Positions 1 to 12,298 of a stretch of DNA of 64,000 nt are shown here, piece by piece. Where the stretch lies: contig MCFE01000393.1 in NCBI GenBank assembly GCA_002104905.1, forward strand, positions 1-64,000, given 5' to 3'. Within the stretch, counting starts at the first letter, position 1; each line of letters opens with the position of its first letter. Position numbers and translations under genes: made by a program. A model generated the notes under the pieces. It had not been told where the DNA came from. It worked only from the letters and a program-made list of their open reading frames with translations, and ran no database searches. This DNA is from Basidiobolus meristosporus CBS 931.73. Lineage: Eukaryota; Fungi; Basidiobolomycota.

Positions 1-208
1 TTATTCAGGTCCCAGGTGCATGTGTGCAACATTTGGGGCTGTGTGGGCCACCTTTCAAAGTTTCATGCACTGGGTACTAGATGTCTTGCTATGAATATCC
101 AAAGTATATCCTAACAATGATTTGGTCAGAATTCTCTAAGATTTTGAGACTATGATCTAAGTGACTGATTTAGATGGATATTTTGGTGCAATTTACAAAT
201 TTACAACA
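1..208 (-). mobile_element. Ty1/copia-family LTR, truncated by the window edge
   Basis: Aligns by eye with the copia LTR at 51620-51817 (tgtgtgcaa..., gggtact, tgatctaagtgact) and ends in TACAACA at 208. Confidence 0.7.
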
Positions 209-761
209 TCTTCAAGGTGATGCTTAATGGTAGGGTTGTTTGAACAATATCTCAACAGGATTATACTACATAAAATGTTATGTAAATGTGCTTTTAATTG
301 ATGAGAATAGTTTGTTCAGTCCCCTTCAATATTCATTGCAACTTGGTACCTTGATTATTTGTAGAGTTCTATTTGTATCATCAATGTGGGTTGTGGCTAG
401 TATTAGGACTAGGGCCCAATGGCTGATTTTAAATGATAGTTGACTTGAAAGAAACATTAGTGTTTATCACATACTTGTAATTTCCAGAATTGGAAGTGAA
501 ATGGTTTGCTGACAATATGGCTGTATCAGCCTCAAGGTTTAATGGCAGAGCTATCTGCTAATCTAACTTTACCCTGACAAAGCCCTTTCAGTGGTGAATA
601 TGCCTTATCCTTTGGACATTCAAGTAGTGGTAGTTTTGTTCCAAAGTACGAAGTCTCGCCTGCCAAATAAAGGCTTTCAAATCGCTGATTTATTGGGGAT
701 CAATATGAAGGTATTTGGTAGTATTAGAAAGTGTGCTCGATATGCATGATTTCATGAACAT

Positions 762-2361
762 ATGCTGCGGCTCATTACTGCGGATCAACAGGATAAAATT
801 CGTTCTACCAGCACAACCAGTACTCCCATACATAGCATGAGCTGCCATAATGTTATCAAGATACTAGAGGGTGGCTTTGTATTTCGGCGAGCTACAATTG
901 GCGATGAGGCAGGCCTTGACCAACTGACACGACTTGTTCAGACTAACCCTCTGGGAATTGATGAAAATGAAGGCTTTTCTTTTTACAAAAAAATCACTAA
1001 TGGCCCCTACCCCGTTGCTACTCCTGAAGACTTCATTTTGATAAGTGGTTAGTCGCATTGATAAACGTCTCGAGTGTCTACTATGCTAACTAATATATAT
1101 AACTGACGTAGATGACAACTCCATTGTAGCCATGGCCTGCCTACTAAGAGTCAAGTGTGTATATGATACGGTGCCATTTGTGATGGGACGCCCAGAGATG
1201 ATTGCTACACATCCAGATTATCGTTGTCGTGGCTTTGTTCAGATCTTGATGCGTTATATTAATGAGTTGTGCGATGAAGAAGCTCTATTGGTCGAAGGAA
1301 TCACTGGCATTCCCTTCTTCTATCGACAATTCGGCTATGAATATGCACTAGCTCTTGAGCAAGGAGATCTCGTCAATCTTGACGATATACCCCCTCCAGC
1401 AATCGACTGCAATCTCTACCTGCGCTCTGCTCAATTGGAGGATTACCAGTATTATTCTGCATTTCATGAACTTACCACCTCAACTTCTCTTGTGTCGATG
1501 AGTGTCACTCCTGATATATGGCACCACGCACTCATAAGTTGGAACAAGAACGAAAAACTCTTGCGCTCATTTGTTATATACATGGTCCACTCTAGGGAAA
1601 CCCCCGGCCAACCAATCGGTGTAATAGTTTCACTATACAATCGCTGGACCCACTGCTTGTCTGTCACCGAAATGATATTGGGATCTCTTCCAGAACGTGC
1701 CTTGTGTCCTGTCAACAAGGTCTACTGCATGCTTCCGGATCTACTCTCACTACTAAACCTGAAATTAAACCAGACCCTGCTCCCTCAGAGGGATCATGAG
1801 CCACCGTTGACAATGCTACAGCTGAATATCACAAAACAGAATCCGATTCATGAGGCATTGATCCGCTTGAAGCTAAATTCCCCGCCCACTAACCCATCAG
1901 CGTGGTATATTCGAATCCCAGATATTCCCAAGTTTGTTTCGCATATTTCTGAACCACTCAACAAGCGCCTTTCGCCGGACTTGGTGGGGACGATAGAATC
2001 CCTAAATCTATGTGTTAGAATATACGGGAGCGTGCATCCCCCACAGCTCTACCGGCCAAAAGGCAGCCCAATACCGACACAATCATTTCAGGTGTGTATT
2101 CAAAATAATCGGGTTACCTCAGTGCAACCTTGGAGATTCTCGGTTGATGCCCAAGGAGATATTGCCAATGGAGAAGCGGCTCACATAAGCTTGCCATGGC
2201 AATGCTTTCTCAAGGTACTTTTTGGCTATTGTTCGATCGATGAGCTGATTCCCATCTATCCGGATATTTCTTTTGGAAACATGCAGATAATGAACGGAAA
2301 GCATTGGTTAAATGTATTGTTTCCAAAAGTTGAATCTTGTGTTTCCAGCATCTTTCATTGA
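762..2361 (+). CDS. GNAT-family N-acetyltransferase, bacterial/Eis-like architecture (2 exons: 762-1047, 1112-2361)
   Basis: Intron GTTAGT(1048)...GCTAAC...TAG(1111) joins ORF 762 in frame to ORF 1132. Motifs GRPEMIATHPDYRCRGFV (acetyl-CoA motif A) and ITGIPFFYRQFGYEYAL. The start could alternatively be ATG 837. Confidence 0.8.
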
Positions 2362-2534
2362 CTCATTAAACTATTCGCATTCAACGGAGTTTAAGGACTC
2401 TTACCCAATTGACATACACTCTGCGAGGGGCTTCATGATTTGAGGAAGAAATATATATATTATGTCTTCATTTCCTTCGGCACTGGTGGCATCAAGTCCA
2501 ATGTTAGAAAGATTACGAAAATTATGCTGCACTC

Positions 2535-2963
2535 CATGATCTCACCACCTCAACATCTCTCATATCAATAATTGTTAATCCTGATGTATGGTACCATGCA
2601 CTACCATGTTGGAGCCTCAATGTATTATATGCATGGTCCATTCCATTCGTCAGCCTATTGTGCAACAGCTTCCCTCTACAACTGCTGGACTCTACCACTG
2701 AAACAATATTGGGATTCCTTCCGGAACGTGCTCTGTACCCTGTCAACAAGGTCAACGGCATACTTCCGGATATACGTATTAAAACAAGGATTAAGCCAGA
2801 TTTTGCTCCCTCATAGGGGTCATGAGCCACCATTGACAATGCTGCGGCTGTATATCACATAACAGAACCCATTTCATGAGGTGTTAACCCGCCTAAAGCT
2901 GAATTCCCCACTCTCTAGCCCATTAGCGTGATACATTAGAATCCATGTTATTCTGAAGCTTGT
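2535..2963 (+). pseudogene. Decayed partial tandem duplicate of the GNAT gene (copy of ~1464-1938)
   Basis: Shared blocks catga.ct.accacctcaac, cc.gaacgtgc..tg..cctgtcaacaaggtc and catgagccacc.ttgacaatgct. The copy has internal deletions and stops. Confidence 0.85.
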
Positions 2964-3199
2964 CCGAGACCCCAAGAGTCAAAAACTTGCACATGCAATG
3001 TATTAAGCTTAAAAGTCTATTCGGCAATGTACTCTTCAATCCAAGCTGATTGCCTATTACGAGTATATAGAATTGTTGTGTCACTAAATTTTTCTGCAAA
3101 CAATACTAATTACTGATAGCTATGAAGATGTTAAGCATGCATCATGTGCAGTAAAACCACACTGATTCATATAGTAGCACTCTATTATGGTAATCTAGT

Positions 3200-6100
3200 A
3201 ATGCACCCACCATTTACTTGTGGTAGCTTCCTCAGTTAAAGCATGAATGGGCTTCCACTACCTTGCCAATCCATATACTTTAGTTCTGATCTGATGATGG
3301 TTGCTACTCCTAGCTTACCAAACTGAATAGAATTTTGAGCAATGCTGATCATTGATGCAAATAGTGTAATTAATCATTACAGAATATGCTGGCAACTTAA
3401 CTAGGAAAAAGCCACTGGCCTCTATTCTCAATAGTCATCATTTGAGAAATATGATTGTTTAGCATTGGTCTCATCCTGTCCCAGATATTTTGCAAAGAGT
3501 ACACAAACATATTAGTCAAATTTCTCATCACAATAGAGCATATATGGCTTTTGATTGGTTGTCTGCCATTCCTTGTGCCTTTGGATCCCAGACACTCAAT
3601 AATCATACATATATATGTGTATATTGTTTGGTTATTGCCTCTTTTTTACACTCCTTACTTCCTGGCTCAACCAATGCACTTGCTTCTCATGTATACAAGT
3701 TGATTTATTATTGCTAAATCTTCAGTTGTAACTCCATTGTAGACAGTACTAACCTATATATGTCCCTATGCCCAATACCTACATCAAGCCCAACCTTGAA
3801 CTCAACAAATAACTCCATTAAAATCCACCATTCACTATACCTTTCTGCCATAATGCCCTCACCTATGACTTTAGCAGAAACTCTCCCTGTGAACAATAAC
3901 TTGGTCCTGCAGGTGGATCTAATCCAGATCAGTGATCATGATCCTGCAATGTGGCTCTCATAACTCTGGCAACTTAGAGTTATCAACTATCTACACACTC
4001 TTATGGCAGAATTGTGAGTACATTTTGCCGGTTTTAGTGCTGAATAAAGCTGAAGACTTGACAGTATCTGGATGGTCTTTTGGCAGGAATTGCACAATAT
4101 TTGGACAGTCTTAGTGCCTGCTACATTTCTTGGAGTAGACACAACCTGGCAATAAATCAAATTATCTTATATTGCAAAAAGCTTGATGGCATTGTAACAG
4201 CCTCCTTGCAGACCACTGTTTGGGGATGCTTAGCTTCTTAATGCCAAAGGCATAGGTGTCTCCATATGCAAATCTGTCCTCAGTGTTTTCCAGCTCTTCC
4301 TGGCTATCCTAAATGTGCCAACTCATCACATTTAAGAAAGACTTGAGGGTAATATTCTTCATAAGATTGGGATATGTTAGTACCTGCAATTTGACTTGTC
4401 TCTCTTTCTCCCCACACATCTGCTGTGTAAGAAACTCCCAAAAGGTGAAGCAAGGCCTAATATTCTCCACAACCCAAGCAAGATGAAATAGAGAAAGATA
4501 CAGTGGCAGCAGAGATCAATGCATTTAGCTTTATGCTTGCAGTATAGCCACCCAAATCCCATCATAAACTCTTTGCATTAAATCTGTAGATGCATCAAGT
4601 TGGCATTGGTGATCCAATTCTGGGTAAGATTCCTACAATGTCCACATATGACTCCCAATGCTTCCAATGTACTCTTGGTAGATAAGGCTTCAGAAGGCCA
4701 CTTGAATAAATACATATCCAGTTTATCCAGTCCTTCCATTTGTATTGTTGCATATGCATATGAATTTTGATTGGAGCCTGTTGGAAGCACTTCTGGTAGT
4801 AGATACTCTGCAATATCTTGCCAATTCTTCCAAGTTTCTCCAGTATCACAAAGGGCTCATTTGGCTTGAGACACCCCATTTACAACTTGGTCATTAATAT
4901 AGAGATAGTATTGAAAAGCAAATGTATTGTTCCTAGAGGCAGGCTTTTGCTCCAACATTTACCCTCTATCTTAAGTATCTCTGTTTTCCAATTAATTCTA
5001 TATTCCAGCCAAGGGCTTATAGCTTGCCAACTTTGCTGCAATTTCATGCTGACTTCTGTCTGTTCACTCTGTGGAATAAGATGATCTTGGTGTTGGTGTT
5101 TGGATAACAATACATGTGTGTGAGTCATGGAGTAAATCTCCTGGATCTCACACATCTGGCGTCAATACCTTACATTGTGCCCAGAAAAGCTGGCTATCTT
5201 GCTAATGGCAGGGGTCTCTACAATGTACATAATACTATGCACTATAACATGATGGCCATTTAGTAGAATCCTGCTGGAAAAGATTCAGAAATTCATCCAG
5301 TAATGGATACAGGTAGCTATCCAGGCTGGACAGTGATTTAGGCCCAGATATAGGTGAGACTACCATCAGATTTCTGCTTGGATATTGTATGATAGGTGGC
5401 AGATTCAGGTTGATGAGAATTGGTGGCCTACAGGATTTGCTGGTAGAGTACTTACTTAATGAGAATCCATCATACACTAAGGTAAAGGCATGATCATACA
5501 TATCTTCAAAGTAGCCCTTGCTTCTTAGTTGTTGGTAATATTTGCCATCAAATATATTGGAAGTGCTTGCGCTTGATTGATACTGAGTGCAGTACTTTAT
5601 AGCTTCACAATACTTGTTGGACAGCATGAGCCTCCTTAGATGGTGTACTATTGGAATATGTCCGGAATGTGAGCAATGTTTTCATCCTACATGGGGGTGG
5701 ATTTCTTGATAAGTTGGACACCTTGTAATGGTGGCATATTCTAATGTGAATGCCATGCCACTGTTAACACAAGCTGGTATCAGGACAGTCTCTGGGTTGT
5801 ATATTGCCAGCTGCATGATGGTTGCCATAAGTTGCATCCTAGAATGCTTTTGGCAAGAAGTAATGGTAAATCATCAAAGCCCCCATTAGTGATATCTGTG
5901 GAAGCACACTATTTCTCTAGCCACAACCTTACATCCTTCATCAGTATATGGATCACTGGACTCACTTGACTTTGAACAATATCCTTGGCATTTTTCCACT
6001 AATGCTGTCTCATTGCACATTGGGATTTAGCTGGGCTCATGCAGGGTACTGTTTGATGGGAGAGAGGCTTACAATTCATCATTAAGCCATCATCTTCAGG

Positions 6101-6250
6101 GCTATCACTCTGCATGCCATATTCAGAAGGCTGAGGTGAGCCTAAAGGCATCACAAACTCACCAGGATAAAGTTTTCCATAGACAGCAGTACTGTGGCCA
6201 ACATCCTGAGAAAGTCCAAGTATGCTCAAGATATACTCAAGAAGAATCAA
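3200..6250 (-). mobile_element. Degenerate CACTA/En-Spm DNA transposon (Tnp2-type transposase remnant)
   Basis: ORF 5235-5627 has FDGKYY...YDGF...NLNLPP...GPKS..S.LYPLLDE, typical of En/Spm transposases. Many stops. Homologous to 49580-49960 and 59590-60300. Boundaries approximate. Confidence 0.7.
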
Positions 6251-6299
6251 GTGAGTGAATGTAAGCTGGCAGTTGCCACAAGGGAGACAAATGTCAAAT

Positions 6300-7375
6300 T
6301 GGTCAAAGCTTAGCTAATTCAAGATAGCTTGGTGCCATCAGAAAGCCAAGAGTTCCCATATCAAGCTAGGGTCAGCTGTCCGATGTATACAAAGCTTAAA
6401 ACTTGTCCAGATATCTCATATTCCATGCAAGTTACTGGCCAGCATAATCAGAACCATAGCCCTGATCATATTACTACAGTTAAGCAAATTTTTAGATACT
6501 TCAAAGGAACCGTAAGGTTTACCCATCAGGATTCAGAACAGCATATTGTGGGCTACTCTGGTGCTGACTGGGGATAAGATCTTGAAGTCAGAAGATCTAC
6601 AACTGGATACATTTTCCTTGATGGTAAAGGAGCAATCTAATGGAGTTCAAGGAAGCAGTCAATAATGGCACTTTCAGCCACAGAGGCTGAGTATATGGCT
6701 GCTTGTGAAGATAGAAATGAAGTAATGTGATTGGGAATGCTTTCAAAGGCCTAGGCATATGTCAAAAAGCCCCTACAACATTATTTCATAATAATGACGG
6801 ATGTATTGAATAGGTAGAATTCCAACTTTTATGGTAGAACCAAGCATACAGATGTTGGACATAACTTCATAATTCAAGCTGTAGATATTAACTTAGCTCA
6901 GTTATTCCACTGCTCCACAAATGAAATGATTGCTGACATACCTACCAAGGCAAGGGCTAGAGACAAATTATAATATCTTTGATCACAAATAGGATTAGTA
7001 AACTTAAATATTTGAATGAGTTGGGGTGTTGTAAAAGCTCTTAATTCCACCTGAATACTCACCTAGCTTAATCATGCTGATCACTACCTAGCAATGTTAG
7101 AGAATAGTGACCAAATTTCTTGTTGCAATTTATTTGGAATAGCTTTACAACAACAATGGGTATGCAGAACATGAAGATTCTTGTGGTTGTTCAATCAGCC
7201 TCAAGCTTTGCACACATATTCTTGGGTCCCTGTGAAGCATACTCAATGTGCCTGCTTTGTCATGAGCATGTAAAAGTACCAATACTACTATCACACTCAA
7301 TAATTCATTAGGTGAAAACCATGTATTCTAGTTGTTCTCCCAATCACCCCCAATACCTCCAAAACTCATACAGCA
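6300..7375 (+). mobile_element. 5'-truncated Ty1/copia remnant: RT end/RNase H, PPT and 3' LTR (7027-7375)
   Basis: CPDISYS...VKQIFRYFKGT...GYSGADWG...RRSTTGY...WSSRKQ...LSATEAEYMAA. Purine tract GAGTTGGGG is followed by TGTTGTAAAA...TACAGCA. Confidence 0.85.
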
Positions 7376-7911
7376 TATAGTATATTATTGCTGGGTGCTC
7401 AGCTTCCCCTTGGACTATTAACCATTTATATTTGGTGGCTTACAAAGTTGGTAGTTGTTATTGCAACATGTATTTATCTATTTTGTTTACTAAATATATT
7501 AATATGTGTGATCCAGCTGACAAAGGATAGAATTCAGCAGGCTACATAAAACTTGCTTTAGCATGAATTTTTCTTATCATAGCAAAGCTGCAGAGCTTAT
7601 GGTGCCCAAAGTCTTTTAGATATGGAATTGTGTCTGGATTGGGATAAAACACATCAACCATAATATTTAGTATCAAGGTAAAAGTTTGGTAATCAATTGA
7701 TTATCGAGACTTATCACCCTGAGTGTATAGGGGGACAACTATGGACCCAGGCATACCTATGTAGCACCTGAAATACATGCAAAGTGTAGAGCAGAAATAC
7801 TTATGCTTAGTGTATATAGAGTTAGGAGGAGGAATTGTAACTCTTAGGGACCAGAATCCAGCAAAAAAGGAAAATAATTTAAAGGGATTTTAAATAGTAA
7901 GGAGTCAGTGT

Positions 7912-7976
7912 GGGGGATTGTGTCCCTCAAGCCCCCTACTATTTATTCTCTAGGGGACTGCATCCCCCAGACCCCT
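7912..7976 (+). repeat. Two direct copies of a GC hairpin motif GGGGA-N5-TCCC.C-A..CCCCT
   Basis: gggggattgtgtccctcaagccccct and ggggactgcatcccccagacccct lie a short spacer apart, each forming a 5-6 bp stem. Confidence 0.6.
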
Positions 7977-8089
7977 ACCATTTCAGTCTTTACTATCCCT
8001 TGTTATAACACTGACGCCTTAAGCTTCTTTATTTTTTAGCTTTAGTGATTTTGGTAACCATTTGGCAAAAAATACAGGTTTTACTTTAT

Positions 8090-8860
8090 TGATGACTTTT
8101 CCTGCCCCAAGTCTACTTCACTGATTAGGTAGAGCAAGTGTGATTTTCTATAATTGTCAATAGGTAAATTATGGACTTTGCTTCTGAGTAGGGATCCTGT
8201 ATTTTTCTTTTGCTGTGCTAACCTGATTGACTCTCAGTTTTCCATTCTGTGAGCATATTTACTATTCAAAAGCTAATTTTGAGCAAATTGTCAGCCAACC
8301 ATGCAAGCTCTGGTAAGCTTCATGACCCAAGTATAGCTTTAATCTTGTATACTACACTGAATGCTATAGCTAATATAGGTTATTTTAATTGGATTATGAC
8401 TAGAACAGAGTCTACTAGATCATGAGATATACATCTGAGGCACAGATATTCAATGAATACTACTTTAAATACTATAATCTGGATATAGATAGCAGCAGAA
8501 AGCAGTTCCTGGTTTTTATTTTAGTCAGATATCAATCATCACTTAATAGCAACTAATAATCAATATGAAGTATTACCACTGCATGTGATAGTACTACTTC
8601 AACATAGTATTTTAGCTCTGAACATGTCATAATATGTTTAGAGGCTTGCAGGTTTATATCATTTTTTTTGATTATGGTTTGTTGACTTGACTTTCCCAAG
8701 ATTGGTTTATCAATCCCTGCGCACAACATGTGCTTAGAAGGACTTACAGACCAAGTCAAAAACTAGGCTCTGGTTTTCAGGGTTTAAGGAGCTGATTCAG
8801 ATATATTGATATTTCATATCCAGCAAGTATTTACATCAAGACAAGTTACCCACTGTGGTT
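8090..8860 (-). mobile_element. Possible highly degenerate hAT-like transposase remnant
   Basis: Minus-strand fragments appear in hAT-like order: HSG (~8855), HMLCA (~8730), YLMI (~8440), ITLALP...GAGK (~8130). All are interrupted by stops and weak. Confidence 0.3.
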
Positions 8861-9120
8861 GACAACAACCCAATTGTTCTATTTGTTATATCTGATATAG
8901 CCAGCCGTCCTGGCAAGTGCTATTCCAAAAGTGGGTGGTAATAGTATGGCTACTAGTACAGTGATGACCGCACATCTCAATCCATGCCCTTATGTATCTG
9001 ATATTTTGGTGATATATTCTAAGTAGATCCCAACCGGGAACTGAGCAATAAGACTTGGCTACCATGATCTAAGTGACTAAGCGAAATGAATATCAAGCTG
9101 TAATTTCACAATATACAACA
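8854..9120 (-). mobile_element. Diverged copia-family LTR fragment
   Basis: Contains ttttggtga..tattctaagta.atcccaac and tgatctaagtgact, and ends TACAACA like the LTR at 51472-51817. Left boundary uncertain. Confidence 0.5.
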
Positions 9121-9289
9121 CCAGCATGGTGTGCACAAAGTACAAAGCTTTTGAACAAGTGTGGGAGTATGGACAACTTCCAGGTCATCATTAGCTTTAA
9201 GAGCTAGCCAATAAATTATAGATAAAGTTATAAGTGAGCATTTCTTCACTTGACAGTAAGCTAAGTAGAATCTTACATCTTATCAGTAC

Positions 9290-9540
9290 ATTAGATGTAA
9301 ACTACATATTTTGACCCAAAGAACTCCAAACTTTGCATATGCGTTCTTGGGGCCTTCCATGTTATTCTATATGTTTGTTTTGCCAAGACCATGCATTCGT
9401 ATAAGTACCACTTTTATATTCAATAATAAGTGCCCATAATCCGCCTGTTGTCCCAGTCACTTCCGATATCCCAAAAACTCTTGGAACCATTCTTCTATTC
9501 ACTTTCACTATCTTCAAGAATCTCACAAAACTTACAGCAT
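9290..9540 (+). mobile_element. Diverged copia-family LTR fragment, opposite orientation
   Basis: ctccaaactttgca and attcactttcactatcttcaaga...ttacagca match the reverse complement of the LTR at 58708-59056. Confidence 0.45.
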
Positions 9541-10037
9541 ACTTCAAGGAAGTTTCCGGATGGATATCTCTGATAAAAGTATCCCATTATCGCACAAAAG
9601 CTAGCGCCAGTGATTTGGTATTTTGTTGTCCAACAATTGGAGTATTTGTTGGTATGGTGTTGGCAGTACCTTTGAGCGAATTTCGAGCAAGTAATGCTTT
9701 GGAGAAAGTGCCAGTAAGCTGTGCACAAAGTTGTGAGAATAAGAAAATCGACAATTGCGTGCCGTTTTGCAACTTTTTGTTATTTACCATGGATAAAAAG
9801 GCTGGGTGCATCTGCAGTTTAGAAATTGCGGCTTTACCAGTTTTTAAGCCTTCATAGGCTCAATCCAAGTGTGGGGTAGTGTTAAACAATGGGATGTAGA
9901 CCAATACTGTTCCGAGGAAGAAACGCCATCACGAACTTGGGACAACTGAGGAAGATATTTAGGAAATTTCTGCAAAATAGAAGGTCAATCACCCAATCTT
10001 TCATTCTTATAGATATATACGCATTACCAGAGTCGTA

Positions 10038-10115
10038 CCTTGCGTACTGATTCGCTCATAAGGTTAGTTGATCCCTTGCGTACTGATTCGCTCATAAAAT
10101 AAGGTTAGCTGATCC
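10038..10115. repeat. Two-copy tandem duplication (~36-nt unit)
   Basis: ccttgcgtactgattcgctcataa(aataa)ggttag.tgatc occurs twice. Confidence 0.85.
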
Positions 10116-10469
10116 AAAAAAGGAGCACAAAAGATACGTGTGAGAATGAGGCGACAGATGCAGGTGGGAATTCGAAGACTGACAAGATGATTAGTTCATG
10201 GAACTGCCACTCTAAGTATTTTCACGGCCCTTAGTTTCTATGCACTCTCCGATCTGGAATGTCGTGGGATTTGAACAACAAACAAGCTAGCAACCCTGTC
10301 CTTGACAACTTGCTATCAAATATCCAAGTAATCAAGTCAGTAAACAACAAGCCAAAGGAATCTTTGTACCATCTTCCACATCCTATGACGTAAGCTTGTC
10401 AATGATAGTCAAGAGGCAAAAGAATTGGTGTCACAAGAGCCAACTCTTTTGAAGCATTTGGTCATTTGC

Positions 10470-10523
10470 GTATCCCTTCGCTCTCTCTTTTGATTAGTAT
10501 CCCTTCGCTCTCTCTTTTGATTA
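10470..10523. repeat. Perfect 27-nt tandem duplication
   Basis: gtatcccttcgctctctcttttgatta x2. Confidence 0.9.
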
Positions 10524-10714
10524 CTTTCTTTTTAACGCTGAAATGCCAAACCAAAAATAATATACGTTGTGAAGTTAGCCACATCTAGACTAATGAACCC
10601 ATGTAAGGCAAGGATTCAAACGGACTCCGCAGCCGTGTAGCACATATGGTACACCATAAACGCCATACTCTCATATAAAATGCTCGAGTTCGACCATCAG
10701 AGAATCCAACCAAC

Positions 10715-11047
10715 ATGCCTGCTTCTCAACAAATCGTTTTTGCTGACAAAGAAAAATCAGACTCCGAGTTTGTTGTATTTATCAACTCTGACATTTACAG
10801 CAAATGGAGATCCGACAAATCCATTTCAATCACTGATGTCGTGCAAACATTCAATGTCTACATCACCCGCAGTGGCGGCCACACGGGTGTGTCCGAAACC
10901 CCCTCCCACCAGGAGCTCGACACCGTTTTTGGCACTTCCAATAACACCGCCGTTGTCGAGCACATCCTAAAGCATGGTACACTCAAGGGTACCGCTAGCA
11001 TCTCCAAACATGGCCAGGCTTTCAACCACTCCAACCTTCACAACTAG
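10715..11047 (+). CDS. RTC3: Rtc3/YHR087W-like SBDS N-terminal domain protein
   Basis: 110 aa, single exon: EFVVFI...Y.KW..DKSISITDVVQTFNVY...G..G....PS..EL.TVFGT....VV..IL..G. TATA-like catataaaa at ~10673. Confidence 0.85.
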   Translation: MPASQQIVFADKEKSDSEFVVFINSDIYSKWRSDKSISITDVVQTFNVYITRSGGHTGVSETPSHQELDTVFGTSNNTAVVEHILKHGTLKGTASISKHGQAFNHSNLHN

Positions 11048-12298
11048 TTGCAATGTCATGTATTAACGTGGAATAAAGTTCAATCCACCTGTTCACCGTC
11101 CTCTCGAATGTCTAGGGCTCATAAGATCTGTAATCTTCCCATATTGAAAGTTTACCCTGCAGCTTTTTCCTCAGGCCCCAATGCATACTGCCTCACACCA
11201 TAGCTTAACATTACGCGAACCTGTGAATTGCCAAGTGTATCGCATGGATCGTCATAAATGTATAGACGGTGAAAAGGGGAATGAAAAGGCTGTATGATGA
11301 ACAATGAGTTTGTCGATAACAAAGTATATTACAACTTCAGGCTGTTGCATTTTCTATAATTTAATTTCTGTCTACTCTTCTGGTGCATGAAAAGGGCTGC
11401 CGACTGAAATTATTGACTGTTTATATACCGTTTCAATAGCTGGAATTGCTGACGCAAACTGCCTCTAGTTTATGGACTCCCGAGCTCTGGACCACTCCGA
11501 AATGGCCCGCTATCCATATGCCGGAAGCTTTTCTTCATATCTACAAAGTACATGGCGAAAGTAGCTGGATATGCATATTCATGAAGCTGTTTTCGGACCC
11601 ATTTGCGCTCAGATTCATTGTTGGCGGAGGCAATTTCTCGTTTTCAATGCTGCTCCATGTCATTATCTTGAGCAGCACGTTATATATACTAATATGTTTG
11701 CATCTTTGGATGCAGGTTGGCGTGAAGTTTCGGACGCATCATTGAGAGAGAGCGAAAAAAATAGAGATGTACGGTATGAGTAATAGTCAGCGAGTTAATA
11801 AAAGGGATATCAAACTGGTGAGGGATGGCCAAAACGATTTGAAAGTGTTGTGTGTAAACCGGTTGAAATGATCAATCACAGTGCACAAACTAGGTTAAAT
11901 TAACCCCCGACCTTCATTGTTACCTACTAAATTTAGATTCATTCCAAACCTTGTATCCATATCAAGTTGATAATTCCAGTGGTTGGGTAAGTGTCACCCT
12001 CGGATTTCGGAGCAGAAAGTCGTGAAGTATGCGTGCAACCCAACGACATGTGGCAATCGAGTGATAAGTGGGAGGAATTACCATTGATTGAGAAACCAGC
12101 AATAATTCGGGACATATTATTTATCTAGTGGATGGTGGTACAGAATGCTTATGTGGTGAAGCGTACTAAAGAACACACTTCAACAGAACTACTTACTCCA
12201 CTGGAAAAGCCACTTGACTGCCATGCAACATACACCAATACAGGAGCTGGACATCTGGTCTATAAATCTATTGAAGCTTGTTCACAATAAACACAGCC

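Noticed and set aside
7680-7870. Fanzor/TnpB relic (RDQN.A-like motif with nearby Cys)
   Set aside because: No RuvC I/II motifs or consistent frame are present. The match is too short to distinguish from chance in decayed TE DNA.
10038-10115. CRISPR-like repeats
   Set aside because: Only two adjacent copies with no unique spacers, in a eukaryotic context with no cas genes.
11290-11412. Box C/D snoRNA (ATGATGA...CTGA)
   Set aside because: No terminal stem or recognisable guide, and the boxes are expected by chance.
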